From a bacterium (GTDB lineage Bacteria > Zhuqueibacterota > Zhuqueibacteria > Oceanimicrobiales > Oceanimicrobiaceae): DNA of 50,617 bases. Shown here in pieces: positions 49,347-50,617 of this stretch (positions within the stretch are counted from its first letter, which is position 1; each line of letters starts with the position of its first letter). The stretch lies in contig JBHHXN010000019.1 in assembly GCA_046757025.1 (NCBI GenBank), positions 1 to 50,617 on the forward strand. Direction: 5' to 3'. Below the pieces are notes generated by a model, which saw only the letters and a program-made list of their open reading frames with translations, made no database searches and was not told the origin of the DNA. Made by a program: the position numbers and the translations under genes.

Positions 49347-50264
49347 TTATTTCTCCGTTAAATTATTCCATCCATTCGGGAAACGACGTTTGAACTCGTC
49401 GTTTGAAATGATTTCTTGTGAATAAAGACGAAATTGAATGCGATTTTCGTATTCCCTGAAATCCTCATCGTCGCCTGCTAATTGTTGAGCCTTGCTAAGC
49501 CAATCAAGCGCTTTAACCTTAAATTTCTCATCGTTAGAAATCGCATATTTACAGGCATAAGCCGAAGCTACCGATCCGATGGTTATGGCATCATCCGGAT
49601 ACAATTTAGCGAGCTCTTTTGAGGCTCGTAAAAAGCCATCGTAATCTTGAGAATCAAACCGTGCTCCTTTTTCCGCCTGCAAAATCAGCACGTCCAAATT
49701 ATATTCTTCTGGAAGCGTTTCTCCACACATTAGAAACTCCTCCTGCGCCTCAGCCGACTGACCCTCATACAACAATCGAAGGCCCTCTGTGTAATGTGCC
49801 AACATCTGCAGATCTTCGCTTTCGGGCACTCTTTGTGCCGCCGAGGACATCAGCGCGGAGGCTTTTTGTAAATCCCCCTGATCGAAGCTTTCAAAGGAGC
49901 GGCTCATTTCTTTGTATGCCTGGATAAATCGCAAATTCCAAAGCAAAGATAGAATGACAAAAGCCACAACTCCTACAAAAGAGGTTTTGATCCAACCTGG
50001 AAACGGACGGTTACGGAAAAAATTGATGCAGTCGTGACAGGCAGGAAATCCGACAAGCAATGAAAACTCACTGGTACCATTATCCTTTTCGCAATTTACG
50101 CAAATTGTCGGATCCACCTGCTGGATAAAATCTGATTCTGAATCAAACTCTTTTGTCTTTAAAGCTTTATCAGCACAGGTCTGGCAATACACCTTTCCAG
50201 AGATCAAAAAAGTATGATTCATCGGTTTCTCTTGTCCACAAGATTCACATTGACTTTTTAACAT
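49347..50264 (-). CDS. Membrane protein: N-terminal Cys-rich zinc-finger region, one TM, TPR-like C-terminus
   Basis: CESC, CQTC, CVNC, CHDC; TM SFVGVVAFVILSLLW; helical repeats. Confidence 0.8.
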   Translation of the reverse strand: MLKSQCESCGQEKPMNHTFLISGKVYCQTCADKALKTKEFDSESDFIQQVDPTICVNCEKDNGTSEFSLLVGFPACHDCINFFRNRPFPGWIKTSFVGVVAFVILSLLWNLRFIQAYKEMSRSFESFDQGDLQKASALMSSAAQRVPESEDLQMLAHYTEGLRLLYEGQSAEAQEEFLMCGETLPEEYNLDVLILQAEKGARFDSQDYDGFLRASKELAKLYPDDAITIGSVASAYACKYAISNDEKFKVKALDWLSKAQQLAGDDEDFREYENRIQFRLYSQEIISNDEFKRRFPNGWNNLTEK

Positions 50265-50370
50265 TTTTTGTTGCTCCTTCCACTATATGATTTTCAGGTA
50301 TTCTCCGCTCAGGGTGAAGGTAGAACAATCTGTAACTTGTTAATTAACAAATTAGTTATGAATCACTTCG

Positions 50371-50553
50371 TACGGTTATCCAATTTACTCAGAAAATGTC
50401 ATTCTGAAGGAGCGAAGCGACTGAAGAATCTCAGACCACCAAACTTTATTCATTCAATCAAGCTCAGTAGCATGAGATTCTTCGCTCTCCCGCTGAGCGG
50501 GATCGCTCAGAATGACCATTCTGGAGGTTTGCTGAGCTAACTGGATAGCCGTA
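50371..50553. mobile_element. MITE (TACGG...CCGTA family) with 9-bp target-site duplication
   Basis: TIR TACGGTTATCCAATTTACTCAG/CTGAGCTAACTGGATAGCCGTA; ATCACTTCG at 50362-50370 and 50554-50562; cargo GTCATTCTGAAGGAGCGAAGCGACTGAAGAATCT..AGATTCTTCG..CAGAATGAC. Confidence 0.85.
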
Positions 50554-50562
50554 ATCACTTCG

Positions 50563-50617
50563 ACGGTTATCCAATTTACTCAGAAAATGTCATTCTGAAG
50601 GAGCGAAGCGAATGAAG
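50563..50617. mobile_element. Tandem second copy of the preceding MITE, cut by the window end
   Basis: Repeats the sequence from 50372 onward with one mismatch. Confidence 0.8.

Noticed and set aside
45400..50300. Run of co-oriented AT-rich small genes as integron cassettes
   Set aside because: No convincing RYYYAAC...GTTRRRY attC structures between the genes and no integrase
50361..50617. Direct repeat at the window end as a possible CRISPR array
   Set aside because: The unit is ~190 bp with TIRs and a TSD; no unique spacers and no cas genes

Overview
Accessory-rich bacterial window, probably from a non-Bacteroidota FCB-group organism (KSB1/Calditrichota-like). This is inferred from four proteins with 'QNYPNPFNP' C-terminal sorting domains, a SusC/SusD pair and a PorV-like barrel. 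Main contents: (1) a six-gene periplasmic nitrite oxidoreductase-like (NXR/pNar, type II DMSO reductase) operon at 17441-26218, with a lipid-anchored diheme-c/heme-b fusion subunit and a palindromic operator over its promoter; (2) a tightly coupled small-protein / 2TM coiled-coil / TPR-CHAT caspase operon resembling CATRA-type conflict systems, followed by a secreted S8 protease (37047-45248); (3) a DUF3179 selenoprotein split by an in-frame UGA with a SECIS-like hairpin, plus a second possible Sec codon in a decayed beta-propeller gene; (4) a propeller sensor kinase/NarL-type regulator with a repeated operator-like motif; (5) a slyD-RRM-rho cluster; (6) about a dozen non-autonomous MITE-like elements with different terminal inverted repeats, several with target-site duplications and mostly GTCAT-type hairpin cargo, some nested; (7) several pseudogenes. 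No rRNA, tRNA, CRISPR array or transposase gene was recognised. All family assignments come from motif recognition by eye; no database search was run.
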